Assembly: GCF_000181795.1 (NCBI RefSeq) | Contig: NW_003526943.1 | Span: 4,367,228 to 4,431,227, forward strand | Length of the DNA stretch: 64,000 nt | Reading direction: 5' to 3' | DNA from: Trichinella spiralis | Taxonomy: Eukaryota | Shown: positions 1 to 17,500 of the stretch, in pieces | How the letters are laid out: each line of letters opens with the position of its first letter | Numbering within the stretch: the first letter of the stretch is position 1 | Program-made: the position numbers and the translations under genes | Notes under the pieces: generated by a model | What the model was told of the DNA's origin: nothing | What the model saw: only the letters and a program-made list of their open reading frames with translations | Databases searched by the model: none

Positions 1-4402
<4,402 letters not shown>

Positions 4403-7028
4403 CAATGAAAAGCAATGGGAAATATTACAACAACACCGTCAACAACAGCATAAGGTCGAGCGTAAGCGGTACAATTTTACTGAATACGCTTCCTCTTCTC
4501 TCTCTGCTTTTCTGAATTTCACAAAGAAATGTGAAAATTGGCAAAAAAAAGTTGAAAATCTGCTATCGAAGAAAATTTCCTTTCTCACTGACTAGCTTGG
4601 AAAAGTGATCAAAATATTGAAAAAATAGAAAAAACCGCTCAGTATGACGCCAGCCAGCTCAACAAATTGAATCACCAGCAACAACGATGCTGCACGAAAC
4701 GACGCCAACGGTGAATTTTTTTCTGTTCAATTCGTTGATCAGTAAAGCTAACTGCTTTTCATCAACGAGCCGTGCTAGTTAGCCACTGTCAACAAATAGA
4801 AAAAAAATCTTCCATACATTCCACTCTAGAAAAAGTCTAATTTTAACCATCATCGAATTCAATGAAAAACTAACCCCACTCATTCATGCAACTACGCAAC
4901 ACAAACGTAACGAAGACACACAAACACACATCGGCAGATATTGAATTTAACAACAATTTCAAACTTATTGGCGACACTAATTTAATTGTTGATGAAAAAA
5001 AAATTCCTATTTTGAAACAATTATTAACGCAACAATGCAAACTGAATAGTAATCGTTTGAAATTAATACTTTTTTTATTTCAGAAAAAAGTTTTCCAAAT
5101 TAAATTTCCAAACAAACACTACTGATTGATTTTAATGAATGTATTTTGAAAAAAAAATTTAACAAATTCTTCAACTGTACATATTTATAAATCACTCATA
5201 TGACAAACAATCCATTGTCAAGAACATTATTGAATATTAAACAAAAAAAATTCAACTTGTAAATAAATTTTTAAATAGAAATTTGCTTGATATCAAAATA
5301 CAATCTTTACCTGAATATGATAAAGAAACGATGTTTCAAATAAGGCAACACTTCACTACTCACAACCTGCGACGAAATGAGGTTTACAGTAACCTATTGA
5401 GAAGTAAATTCAAGTAACATGACAAGTTTCAAAAATGAATTTAAAAATCACAAAATTTCTGATTCTTTTTCAGAATTCTGTACAAAATAATTGCATATTT
5501 AAAATTTAATTTAAAAATAAATGTTAAACAAAAAGATAAGAAAACTTTTCTCATTTCTGTAAAACAAATTCTACAAATACAAATTATTAAATGAAAAATG
5601 TGTTTAACTTTTAATTGAATAATTTTGAATTACTATCGTTTAAATTGTTGCAAAATATTTTGTTGAAATTAAAAAATAATTTTTTAAGTAAAATATTTCC
5701 CTAGTTATGTGTTCTTTCACGATTGTTTGGGAAAAAAAGAAATACTTTTTTTTATCGCCCTCTGTTAACCTTAAATGATTTTTTAAAAATAACTTTAGTA
5801 TACAATTTTATTATAAACTTATATTTGCTGAATTACTGAATAATGGAAATTGCGGTGCAACTAAAAATATGAACACTGTATAACATTCTAACCTCCGGAA
5901 CGTCAGTTTCAGTCTTTTTCAGCAGCAAAACTTTCAGTTATCACAAGTATTTGATTGAAAATTAGTAATTACACAAATGAAATAAATAAAACTATTTATC
6001 AATATTATATTATTTTATTTATAAAAGAATAGTTTTTCATTGGCTGACAATTTTTAGCGTATATGCAATAAAAAAGTATACGAAAGAAACATTTTTCCTC
6101 AAAGTGAAATTGAATAAAATGTTGAAAAGCTATAATATATTTCATCAAAGAATAATTTTGTATATTTTGGTAAAGCTGCTTGATATTCAAAAGAAATTTA
6201 CCATTGTAAAATAGCCAGGCAATGTAAATAAATATTAAATTAAGCTGATCAGATGATTTGTTTAAAGGATCTGCCAAATTGAATCAATAAGATTATCCAT
6301 GAAATTGAATTGTAAAGCATGGAAATGGCTAGTATTATAATGCAATTTTAAGAATAATGCGTGCTCTGAATTTTTAACCACCAACTGCCTGCTCAAGAAA
6401 TTCTTCCCAAACCATATAACAATGTAGTAACTGATTTCCTTACGATGAAAAACAATTTGATATAGTTAATCTAATATGAAATTAAACTAAATTAAGTAAC
6501 TATTTTATTGCACAAGCGAACAAATCGACAAATGGTAGAATTTCTGGCTGCAGTACAAGTTGCACTTTTCATTTCAAAAAATTTCAGAAAACCGGCGTAA
6601 GTTTGCTTATCAAAATAAATATTGAGCAACTTTAAACATAGTAAAATTTCAAAAAACTGTTCAATTAATTTCAATTAATTTATTTTAATTTAATCATAAT
6701 TTAATTTTTAATTATAAAATACCAGCTCTTTTCTTTTTGCATCTTAAAATATTTTTACATTATGGAAAATTAACTAAATATGAGCATATGAATGTACATA
6801 TATAAAGGAAGTTAGTTAAATGATAAGCAAGTCAATGTTGCAAAACTTAATTTCAATAATATTTTTTTCATAACTAATTCGATAAACATTTTTAGAGAAT
6901 AATACATTATTTTAAATGGAATTGTTATTCACAAAATTTAAACAAAAAAATATTTATTCCGTATGAGAAAATAAGAAATTAAAATAAAAATGAGATTTTT
7001 GTATTGTTTTAGCATAAAGTTTCTTTCA

Positions 7029-9460
7029 ATGGATAGAAAAAAAGAACACTCTAGACATTTGGCACAACGTCGACGTAATCTTGAAAATCTTGAATATGAA
7101 AATTTATCTCGAGTACTTCCAGTTCACCAAGCCATAAGTGGCTCGTTGCTAAATAAGACAAAAATATTGCGATTAGCAGCAAATTATTTGAAATTGAAAA
7201 CATTACTTCATTCTTCTCTTCCTGAAAATGTAACCTGCATGCCAAAAAGCAGAGAAGAGAAACAGTTCGTTTATTTAAATTTCAACTTTTGTCTTCAAAA
7301 TTTTATATTAGCTAATAAAAGAATTTATAAAGCATAATAATTAGAGAACACTTTTCAAATCTATAAAGAGCAAAACATTTTAAAATTACTTTGCATATTA
7401 TATTCTTAAATAACATTTTTAATGCATTATTTCATTTATTATTTTGCAAAGTGTATCATTTTGAGATGAAATTCTGTAAAATTTTAAAGAGAATTACAGA
7501 AAATGTTGAAATACGCAGAAATGTATTTTTGAATAAATTTAATTCTTGAACAATTATCATTTGAAAATTTAATTATTGTTAGATATTCTTATATTTGTTC
7601 ATCGCATAAATTTAATAAATTCATCTTTTGCATATACTGAAAAAGCAAATCTTATTTTAGGTATGATACCAAGAGAAATTCATTATTGCCATGTGCGAAA
7701 CTCCATGAAAGTGCTTTTCATGTTTTTGAACCAACTGTTAAAATTTTAGATGTAAGTCAACAAATTCTTCTACATTTTTGTGTTTAGGAATCATTCAAAA
7801 AAATATGTACATACATTCCGGAAAATATTTTAAAGTATATTTTTAAACTATTCAAATATTTCTTCCAAATAATAATTTTTAATGATATTTTCATTAAAAA
7901 AATTTAATTTATGCATTTTTATTCCATTTCAATATATTTTAATTTATTTGTTGATCAATTTTGTTAAGTTTCATTTGTTATCCAATATATAATTTTCAAT
8001 TACAATTTGTTCATTCAAATAACGCAGTGCTTTATGTTGCATAAGCTTTTTAGAGTAAACAAGATAATAATAATAAGCAAAACAGAAATATCAAATATTT
8101 GCAGGTCATCGATGGCTTCCTTTTCTGTCTGGATGAAGCTGCTACACTGCTGTATGCTTCTGAAACTATAAGCATTGGATTTGGACTTTCCCAGGTTTGA
8201 ATAAATTTAAAAAATTTAATCGTAAAATAACAATTGCATCTCATATAAGAGCTACAATTGCGCAACCACTGTTTTACATACATATTTTTTGAGTTTTGAA
8301 ATAATTTCAATGTTATTTTTTTGTTACAGAATATTGAAAAAATAATTTAAACGTTTTGAAATTTACTTTAAACATTGAGAAAATGGACTAAATTTCTTTT
8401 AATATAAAAATGTAAAATTGCATTAACTTTTCAGATTAATTTAATTGGAAATTCCTTCTTGGATTATTTATACACATCAGATCATGACATATTCTGCAAT
8501 TTTTTGCACCATTTGAAGAATATGGGTTCAAATATTGCTGCGCATCGCTTAACTGTTCGAATTCGCTCGAATCTTATGAAAAAAATCAATAAATCTCAAA
8601 ATGAATCCATCATCTCACATGAAGCAAGTATATTTAACTTTGAAAAGACACTATAAAAAAAGAATGCCATGCATTTTAAAAATCATACAGTAGAAAATGT
8701 AACACAATTGCCTTTTCATAAAATTAATAATTGCAGACTGTTGAACTCAATATCGTTCCTATGCTGCGATCGGATAATTCTGAAAACTCGCAAGTTGTTG
8801 GATTTGCAGGCATTGCAATACCATTGTTATTTCAAATGCAGTTGAGTCCAAACTTGAATTCACGGTCCTTTGTTATGATGGCTGACCTTGATCTGACCAT
8901 AAGATACATGTGTGATGAGTATGTTCTTGCCATTTTTGGTGAAGAAATCAAAATTTTATTTTAGGACTAAAAAATATCTCAAATGCTCAAACATTGCATC
9001 AAAACTTATTGGAACGACATTGTATAAAATTATCTATCCAAATGACATCTATATTGTGCGTCAGCTGCATCAAGAAAGTAATAACTAAATTCATATCATA
9101 CAGTAAAATAAGTTGATGTAATTGACTATTGGCATTTTCATTAATAAAATAATATCAATCAACTAACTAAAAGCTTAATTTCATTAACATCATAGTTCAT
9201 ATAAAAATTATAGAAATCGTCACATTTTTATCTTAAATTTAAAAATTATAAATTCATTTTTCTTAGCATTTCATCGTTTTAAATAAATCATTTTAGCTCT
9301 GCGATGCGGTGGCTCGAGAAGTGACTATTTTAATATTTTGTCGTTTCCGGATAATTCTCTTCTTACAGTCCAAGTCAATGCTGCAAAAATTAATAAATCA
9401 GATCGCTTTTACTCACAGTCTCCAGTTGTTATAGTTTTGGTATTTCTTATTGTAAATTAA
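7029..9460 (+). CDS. Class I bHLH-PAS transcription factor (SIM/Trachealess/NPAS/HLH-34-like), ~354 aa
   Basis: Seven phase-consistent exons: 7029-7264, 7661-7751, 8105-8194, 8435-8623, 8737-8918, 8965-9077, 9297-9460. bHLH KEHSRHLAQRRRNLENLEYENLSRVLP...ILRLAANYLKLK; PAS-A VIDGFLFCLD...YASETIS...GLSQINLIGNSFLDYL..SDH; PAS-B LIGTTLYKIIYPND...LHQE. Confidence 0.88.
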
Positions 9461-12275
9461 ACATCAAAGGCTATTTAAAATTTTTCAAACCAAACAGTGC
9501 ATCTGTATAGCATAGTATGTATTCTGTTTAACATGATGCTTTTGTTCATTTATCTGTATATGAGTTATTAAAATTTCACGTTTATCCAATTTTATAATCT
9601 TCATTATTATTATCGTTATTATAAATAATGATGTATTGAAATACTTAAAAGCAATAAATTCAGAAAGTCTTTTCAGAAATAAAAGTACACAATTAGTTTT
9701 TTTGATATTTATAACTCGTTGCAAAATGCATTAAAAATAAAGGAAAAACAATGATTTATTAATAATTGTTATCCATTTTCTGTAAGCACAACAAGCTTGA
9801 AATAATTGTTCACTCATCGCTCTATGGAAATTTCTATGGCATTTTTCATATCTCTGTATTGATGAACATTAAAATATTCTAATGAAAAAAAACAAATAAA
9901 GCTCAGCAAAATACACCATCGGCTAATAAGCTAGAGAAGATTGCATGCCAGATTCATAAATGAAAATGTTGACATAAAAAACTAAATTGAAAACCTGCAA
10001 AGGATATTTTCCGCAATCCATATTTTCAATGCAATGTACATGGCTTCTCAAGTGTTAATGGAAAAGTTTGTTCACTAAAATGAGGTTTCATAATTTGATG
10101 CAAAATTATTGGATTCATATTTTTACAAGCTAGCTGTAATAATATTTTTGTTCTAAATAAGCAATTTCACATATTTGCTAAGCAATAGTTGAGACATAAT
10201 CTAAGTGAACAACAGTTTCATTGCGCGCTAATATATTTATTTAAAAGAAATTCGATACTGTTTGCATATTCAACAGGAAATGAAACAAAATTGTTTTCCC
10301 ATTTTAAATATCCATGTAATTCATATGAACTATTGATTTTTTGCAATATGCTTGACAGTATTTTTAATAAAATCTTGAAAAAAGAACTGTTCAAAGAACT
10401 TTATCATGCTAATTTTTACGTTTGTCACATGAACAAAAAACTCCATGACAAGAGTAACTCAAATTTTACACTAGATTACAAATGCTTTCAACATTATTTT
10501 ATTGCTTATCTACAAATAATTTAAATTAAACTTTGAAAAAGCATTCTGTAAGTTTTCAATTTTATTTCTTATCACTGTATTAGTTTGCTCTACATGAAAA
10601 AAAAACAAATGATAAATTTGTAATAATGTTTCCCAATTGAGCTAAATTGAAAATAATATAAGAAATACAAAATTTTGTGAATACTTTGGAAAGATAGCCA
10701 GTTGAAATGCTTAATATCATCTTCAATAACTTCAAAAATAAAAACAAAAATCAACTCTTAAACTACAGAACAAGCATTATTTTTGGTGTTAGTTAATTCT
10801 GTTAAATTAAAAAAAGAATTTGCATTTCGTGTTGTAGTTTGTTTACTGCTAATTTTAAAATTGATTTCCTTGCTGTATATCTAAGGGCGTTTCTATCTGC
10901 AGCGGTTTGTAAAATATTAATCAGCAGAAGCAAATTTCATGCAACTCAAATAAAATATTGATGCTGCAAGTATTGTAAACTGAATTAATTTACTGAATTG
11001 TAAAATCCCTTGTAAAATTAATTATTCATACATGATAATTACTATTGTTGGCTGTTTTGTTTTGCACAAGTTGTAATCTTTATGTATTGCAATGTAAATT
11101 GAAGAGTTGAAGGCGAAGATAATGATGATCATTTAATTTATTTTTATAATTAATTATTATTCCATTTACTTATTTTCAATATCAAGCAAGGTTGTAGCAC
11201 GCAAGGCAGTTTTCTAATTTGCATGCATGACTGACGTTGTATTTGGACACGCAAAGATGAATAAGAAAATTATCTGCACTGCTAAAATTTTGTAATTCAC
11301 CATCAACTTGTTTTTCTTACACACCACTATGCTATTATTAATCTGTATAAATTATTTTTAAAAAATGTTAAATTAATCTCAAAAAAGATTTTCAATGCAG
11401 TAAAAGAAGCTATATATATTTGGTTATTTGACGATCATTATCAAGCTATTTGATGAAGATGCAATTCTGATTTCATCAAAAATTTCTCAGCTACACTGAT
11501 TTTATATTTGCATCTGCAAATATAACTATCAAATTTATTGGCAAGTGTTTCGAATTGTACATGCGCAATGTAAAGTTAATACTGCTGCCCAGAATAGTGA
11601 CCATGCGTAATGCATAACTTAATTTAAATAAGTAACCATTATAAATATATACAGACACTGCAGTTTTTGTATCTTTGCTAAATTAAGAGCAATGAGATTT
11701 TATTACCGCTACTAAAGTTGCTTTCATCATGAGAGGACTTTTTCAATTCATTTTAAACTGCATTACTATTTATTCATCTGCATAACATATAGTGATCAAA
11801 TGTAGAAGATTATGTCCGGTTTCATTAAGTAAATTCCTCATGTTAATTAATTGAATGCTATTTGAATGTCTGTGAATATAATTTTGAAGCAGTTTCTATT
11901 CTATTATTTCTCACTATTTTTCAAAATAAAAATAGCATATTCAGCATTCATTATGGACATGCTTGATTCATGACTCTGTTCATCTTGCTCTACAGCATTT
12001 GATTTGAGTTGATTTGATTGTATTGCTTCCTTTTGTTCAGTTTTGTATATAAATCACATTCACAACATTGCATTTTCAGCTTCTTGTTTGCAAATTTATT
12101 ATGCTACATTTTCTTTTTTCTGGAAGCAAGCAAATTTTGAAAAATCAATATGTACATTCAGATTGTATGAAAAATAGCAATGCTTTAAATTTGACGTATA
12201 ATAGGATCATTTTAACAATGGGAAATTTTTTTACAATTTGTATCTTTCAAAATTTTATAATTGCAATTTTGAGAC

Positions 12276-13780
12276 TTATGAAATCAAGCAGTCAGATTGA
12301 TCCGACTCTTTAACGTATTGCTTGAAAAGGGATCTGCGTCGTCGTACCTTGAGGCTTGCATGGCGGGTGATGTTGAACTTGGCTAACATCGCGACGACCA
12401 CTACTTCGCTTGATTTGTCATTTGCATTTTCCAGACGATTCTGATGACGACGAGAGTTCGGCTGATGAGATCCATTTGCATCGGCGTTATTAAAATTATC
12501 CTGTCTTGAATTGCGTCTTGAATTCAAAATTGGAGATTCAAAAAAGAAACTTGCCGACGATGTTTTCACTTTGCTCAGTCGTAATAATTGACGAAAAATT
12601 TCCAATATATTTTCACCCGTTTTTGCCGACGTCTCCAAATATGGAGTGTAGCGTTTCACGACTGAGATTCCAAGCCACTTGTTCACCATTTCACGATCAA
12701 CCTGTTAACAATTAACATTTTTATTAAACGCTTTTTTCAAATTTGCATTCTTCAGATTCTCTTGCCAAATATCCTATTTCAATTATAAAAAATACACTAA
12801 TAAACAAAATATAATTTTTAAATATTCATTTCAATCAACTATTAAACAATACTTTATTCAATAATATAAGATATTTTCATTCTTTTAACTGATATGTTTA
12901 TTTTTTATTCATAACTAACATAATGGTAAAAATATTATAAAAATTTTATTGAATTCTTATATAAGATTATATATTTTTCTTTAAGATAAGTATATTTAAG
13001 CAGTTTTTAATTGGATAATTGACATTAAAAACAACTTTGTCTTAAATAAAGAGCAAAACTTTTGTTTCTATAAACATTTTATTCTAAATGTTAAATAAAA
13101 CAATATGATAAAACATTTTTCAAATAAAAGTACTTACTTTTATTTCTGGAATATCAACTTTATTTCCTACCAAAATTATTGGTATTGTATCAATATCTTT
13201 TCTTCTTTCTGCAGCTTCTTTCATTAATTCTTTTACCTTAAATAGAAATCATATCAATGTTCTCTGATAAAATCATAAATTATTGCTCACAAGAAAAGTT
13301 TATCTCAGAAAATTCTCTTTTTAACATATAACAACGTTTTTATTTTATAATTAAATCTATAAAAAGTTATTAAAGAATGAATATTTATTCACAAAAATTA
13401 CATTACGTATGTAGTTCATTTTATTTATTGGATTAATTATTTTAAAATGAACTGCAAAATGAATAAAGAAAAAAGATAAGGAAAAAATATACCTGAAGAA
13501 AAGAATTCAAACTGTCTAACGAAAATACAAATATCAGCGCTTCAGCTGTGGCTAATCTCAAGCGTCGCATATCTGGATAGCTAATGTTGGTGTCGTATAT
13601 GTCGACCATTATTGTCTGTCCTGCGACGTTGAAATCACGTGAAAATATATCTTCGACGGTTTCACGGTATGTTTCAGAAAATGAATTTGCAATAAACTTT
13701 TTAATAATTGAAGTTTTTCCAACAAAATTTGCACCCAATACAAGAATTTTAGAGCGATATTCACTGTTCACTTCGTCCAT
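12276..13780 (-). CDS. Ras-family small GTPase, Rhes/Dexras1(RASD)/DIRAS-like, ~270 aa, C-terminal CaaX (CLIS)
   Basis: Exons 13780-13493, 13236-13138, 12701-12276, all phase 0. G1 GANFVGKT, effector YRETVED, YPDMRRL (RASD-like), G4 NKVD, G5 ETSAK, basic C-terminal extension ending SDCLIS*. Probable 5'UTR exon at ~13946-14006 (stops in all frames). Confidence 0.88.
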
Positions 13781-14484
13781 GGGAACAATTTCTGTAACTG
13801 AAATTATTAAAACTGCTTTATATGTTAAAGCATCATTTAAAAGAAGCATAAGCAAATAAATAAAATAAATAAATTCAAAAAGTAATAATTCTAGTCAAAA
13901 TATCACTTTCAAACTAAAATAATTAAAATAGAATTATGAAACTCACTTCAGTTGACTATCAACGTTTGTGACCAATTTCAGAGTTCAATAATTTTGAAAT
14001 AAATTGCCTGCAAAATAGAGAGAAAGTATAGAGATGAAGATGTTTTAATTAAGAAGTGTCAATAATAATTTTTGAAATATGAAAAAATTTTGTTTCTTAA
14101 ATTCAACTGAACACTTAAGTGTTACAAAGCAGAAAGAATATCACTTGAACAAAACTGAAAAAAGCAATGCTTAAGGAATAAGATAAACAGCTTGTATAAA
14201 ATAAAATTTTTTTTAATCAAGAGAACTTCAGTAACAAGAAATTTTAATAAAAACAAACGTAGTGGACAGTTTTAATTAATAATTTTTGATGCTAGTGAAT
14301 AACAATAGAATCAATAAATATTTTTATCTTTGAAAGTAATTAACTTTTGATGCAAGCAGTCTTGCATATATAGCTTCGATAAAGCACGTGTTGTTTATCT
14401 AAGCAGATGCAAAAAATATGCTTTCCTTTAAGAATTAAAGTAAACTTTGATTCAAGATTACTTTGAAATCGTCATAAACATGCT

Positions 14485-14513
14485 ATGAATGAATGAATGA
14501 ATGAATGAATGAA
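14485..14513. repeat. (GAAT)n microsatellite
   Basis: Direct reading, about 7 units. Confidence 0.9.
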
Positions 14514-17500
14514 AGGAGGAATCAATAATCACGCATGCACAGAATTTTGTAGCATTTGAAGGGAAGCAAATTTTACACGTCTGTTTATTAAAATTGTACA
14601 ATACAATATTGCACTTAGCGTTATGTAACATCCATTCAGTTAAAAGCAAAATTGAATAATTCAGAAAATATCATTGCAAATTTTTCTTTTATCAATAAAA
14701 TGTCACATCACTTTGCTTGCAATGCTTAAAGCTCAGTAAAACACTGAAAAAAAGTTTAAAATAGGATCCTCTTTGATTAATAAAAATGATATGATGAAAT
14801 CAAATGGAAATACTAAAATTGATGATGACTGAAGCATTAACTTTTGCGATTCGTAGTAATTCCTATAATATTATACAGATGAAATACAGTAATTTAAAAT
14901 TAATACAGTGAAAGAAATTATTGTTTTTTTAGATGAACGCTTTATACAAATTACGCATAAATCTCATCAAATGCATGCCATAAATCATCATGGGAAACAG
15001 ATCGTGCATTTTCTGCTTACACAAATTAAGTGTACGAAAGTAGCTACCGTGTAATTAGGCAAGTCACTAAAAATTTAAAAAATACATAATAATGCAATGA
15101 CCAATCTATAAAAACAAAAACGGCAATACAGATATATAAGTTCTGAAAATGTTTGATAACAATTGCATGAATTAGGAGTGAAAAAAAATTATTTCTTACT
15201 TAAGTTTTGACAAATGATGGCTTAAAATGGGATGGATGTTGTTATTTAATGAAGTTACATGACATGATAATCGCTGTACTGCTAAAACTGCTGCTTATTT
15301 AATGTTTATGCTTAATCCGTCAAACGTGTACCAAGAACTGATTGATTTCTTAGAGTTAAATTTCAATTATCTTGTAGTAAACAACGCAGCCATGAACACT
15401 CGGTGTGAACAGTCCGGGTAAATAATAAAAGTAATTAAACGGTTTTACTCTGCTGTACTTTTATCATCATGCATTCAAAAATATTATTTTGCCTAATTTT
15501 TAACAGACTGAACTGAGCACTTATATTTTATTTTAAACTGACGACAGTTTCATTTCAAATTAGCAATACTTAGCATTAAAAAAATGGACTGTAAGTTGAA
15601 ATGTGTATTTTTTCTGCAGCATTTTAAATTCTTGACAAAATATAATCAATTTAGTGTTTAGCTTATAAGCAGTGCAGCTGTTCAATGCACTTCTGCATTC
15701 TCAGGACAAAGGATGAACTTTTGTCCAGGGGAAGATAAAAATCTAACCCATTTGCCATGTGCAAATTCAAGCATCTTGTTTAATCCTATTTTAGGCGGTT
15801 TGAATATTTTCCCAATGTCGCCTTCTGAAAAGAATGTTGCAGAATCAATTCCCAGTTTCACAATTGCAAGCAAATCAAAAGCTATAAATGGAATCTTAAT
15901 GATAAATTATCACCAGAAATTAAACTGGTTTAAAATCAAAACTGCAATTCACATGTTTTATTATTGATAGAATTATTTAAATAAAATACTTTTTTGTAAT
16001 ATCAAAATTGCTAGCTGTAAAAACAAAGATTCATTTAATAGTCAACTTGAATTTGAGTTCATTTTAAGCTTAATGTGTAAATAAATAATATATATATATA
16101 TATATATGGAGGGAGAGAGAGAGGAAAAGGAAATGTAATTTAAAATTACATTTCCATTTGTAATGCTGCACAGCGTTTCACTTTTCTACTGCATGCTCAT
16201 GCAGTTCCATTACGTGATGCATTATTTTTTTCGTATAGATTCATTGCTAAATAATTAACCATGCTTCCACAAATGCGTAAATTCTTTTATAATATTGCAC
16301 TGGTGTTCTAATAACTTGGACTGAAAAAGACAAAAAAATTATTAAATGTAAAATGATGCATCTGAAGCAAAAAGTGATGTGCATTCATCTGAAGGCTTTT
16401 CAAATTATCTTGCTTATATCATTACAATTTTTGTTTTCTCAATTTTAACTAGTAAAAGTTACAACTTTCATCTAATCAAGAATGAAGCAAAAACAAATAA
16501 TATTATTTATAAAATTGTACACAGCCCCTTACAGATAAATTTTACTTTTCTTCACAAATACTACAGTAAAAGTGAATATATTATAATGTTCGTGATAAAA
16601 AATATCAAAATGTGAAATAATAGTGATACAAATTTGTGATAAAAATTTTCCAGGTTATCATTTTGCTGTCAACAATTTTGGTGCAGTTAAAAATCACTCA
16701 GAAGACCCTGGTGGAGAAATTGATTTTTTCACCACAAAGGAAACTAATTCTGACATATATCAAATTTGATTAATTTGCTTGATGAGGAAGTATAACATTT
16801 TTCTCAATTTTTCTACAAAGGCTGGTATATTTCATTTTTTAAAAATATTCCTTTTATTCAATCAGTAGTTTAAAATGACGTAAACTTTTTTGATATGATG
16901 ATGGACAGATATTTTATTAATTTTTTATTTACGCTTCATTGACTGACCAGAAAATTTCAATTAATTATTATTTTATTATAATTTGGAAGTACGTATTATT
17001 TATATAACTATGTACAGTGGTAGTTATTTAAAAGCTTAATTTTACAATAATTTTAAAAGATATCAGAAGAATTAACGTCTCTGAATATGAAATTCAGATG
17101 CATTTATTTTACATGAATTTCAGAATTTAATGGACATGCAGCTTGAAAATGAAAATTAACGAATGAGTACTTCAAAAACTGGGAACATGGATTTAACACA
17201 CAAGAATCGTTGAAAAAATTTTTTTAATACTAAATATTTCAATAAACTTTTTAAATTCTGATATTATCAAAAGGTTTTCATGTAACTATCTATTTTGAAA
17301 TTATTTCGTGAATGCAATTAATAAATAATAAACTATTTTTTTTTAAAGTTGCTTAATAAGTAATTCATAAAACTGCATATCAAAAAATATGATATACAGA
17401 TTATGTATATGTATATGTTTATGTATAATGAATTATGATGAAAACATGTATGAAGGAAATGTTCGAATTTTTCATGCAAGTCGCATTTTTCTTGTTGTTG

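Noticed and set aside
4886..6674. Short AT-rich ORFs here and at 9485-12313, 16379-21590, 34190-36428 and 43386-43659
   Set aside because: Low-complexity F/I/K/N-rich translations typical of non-coding AT-rich DNA.
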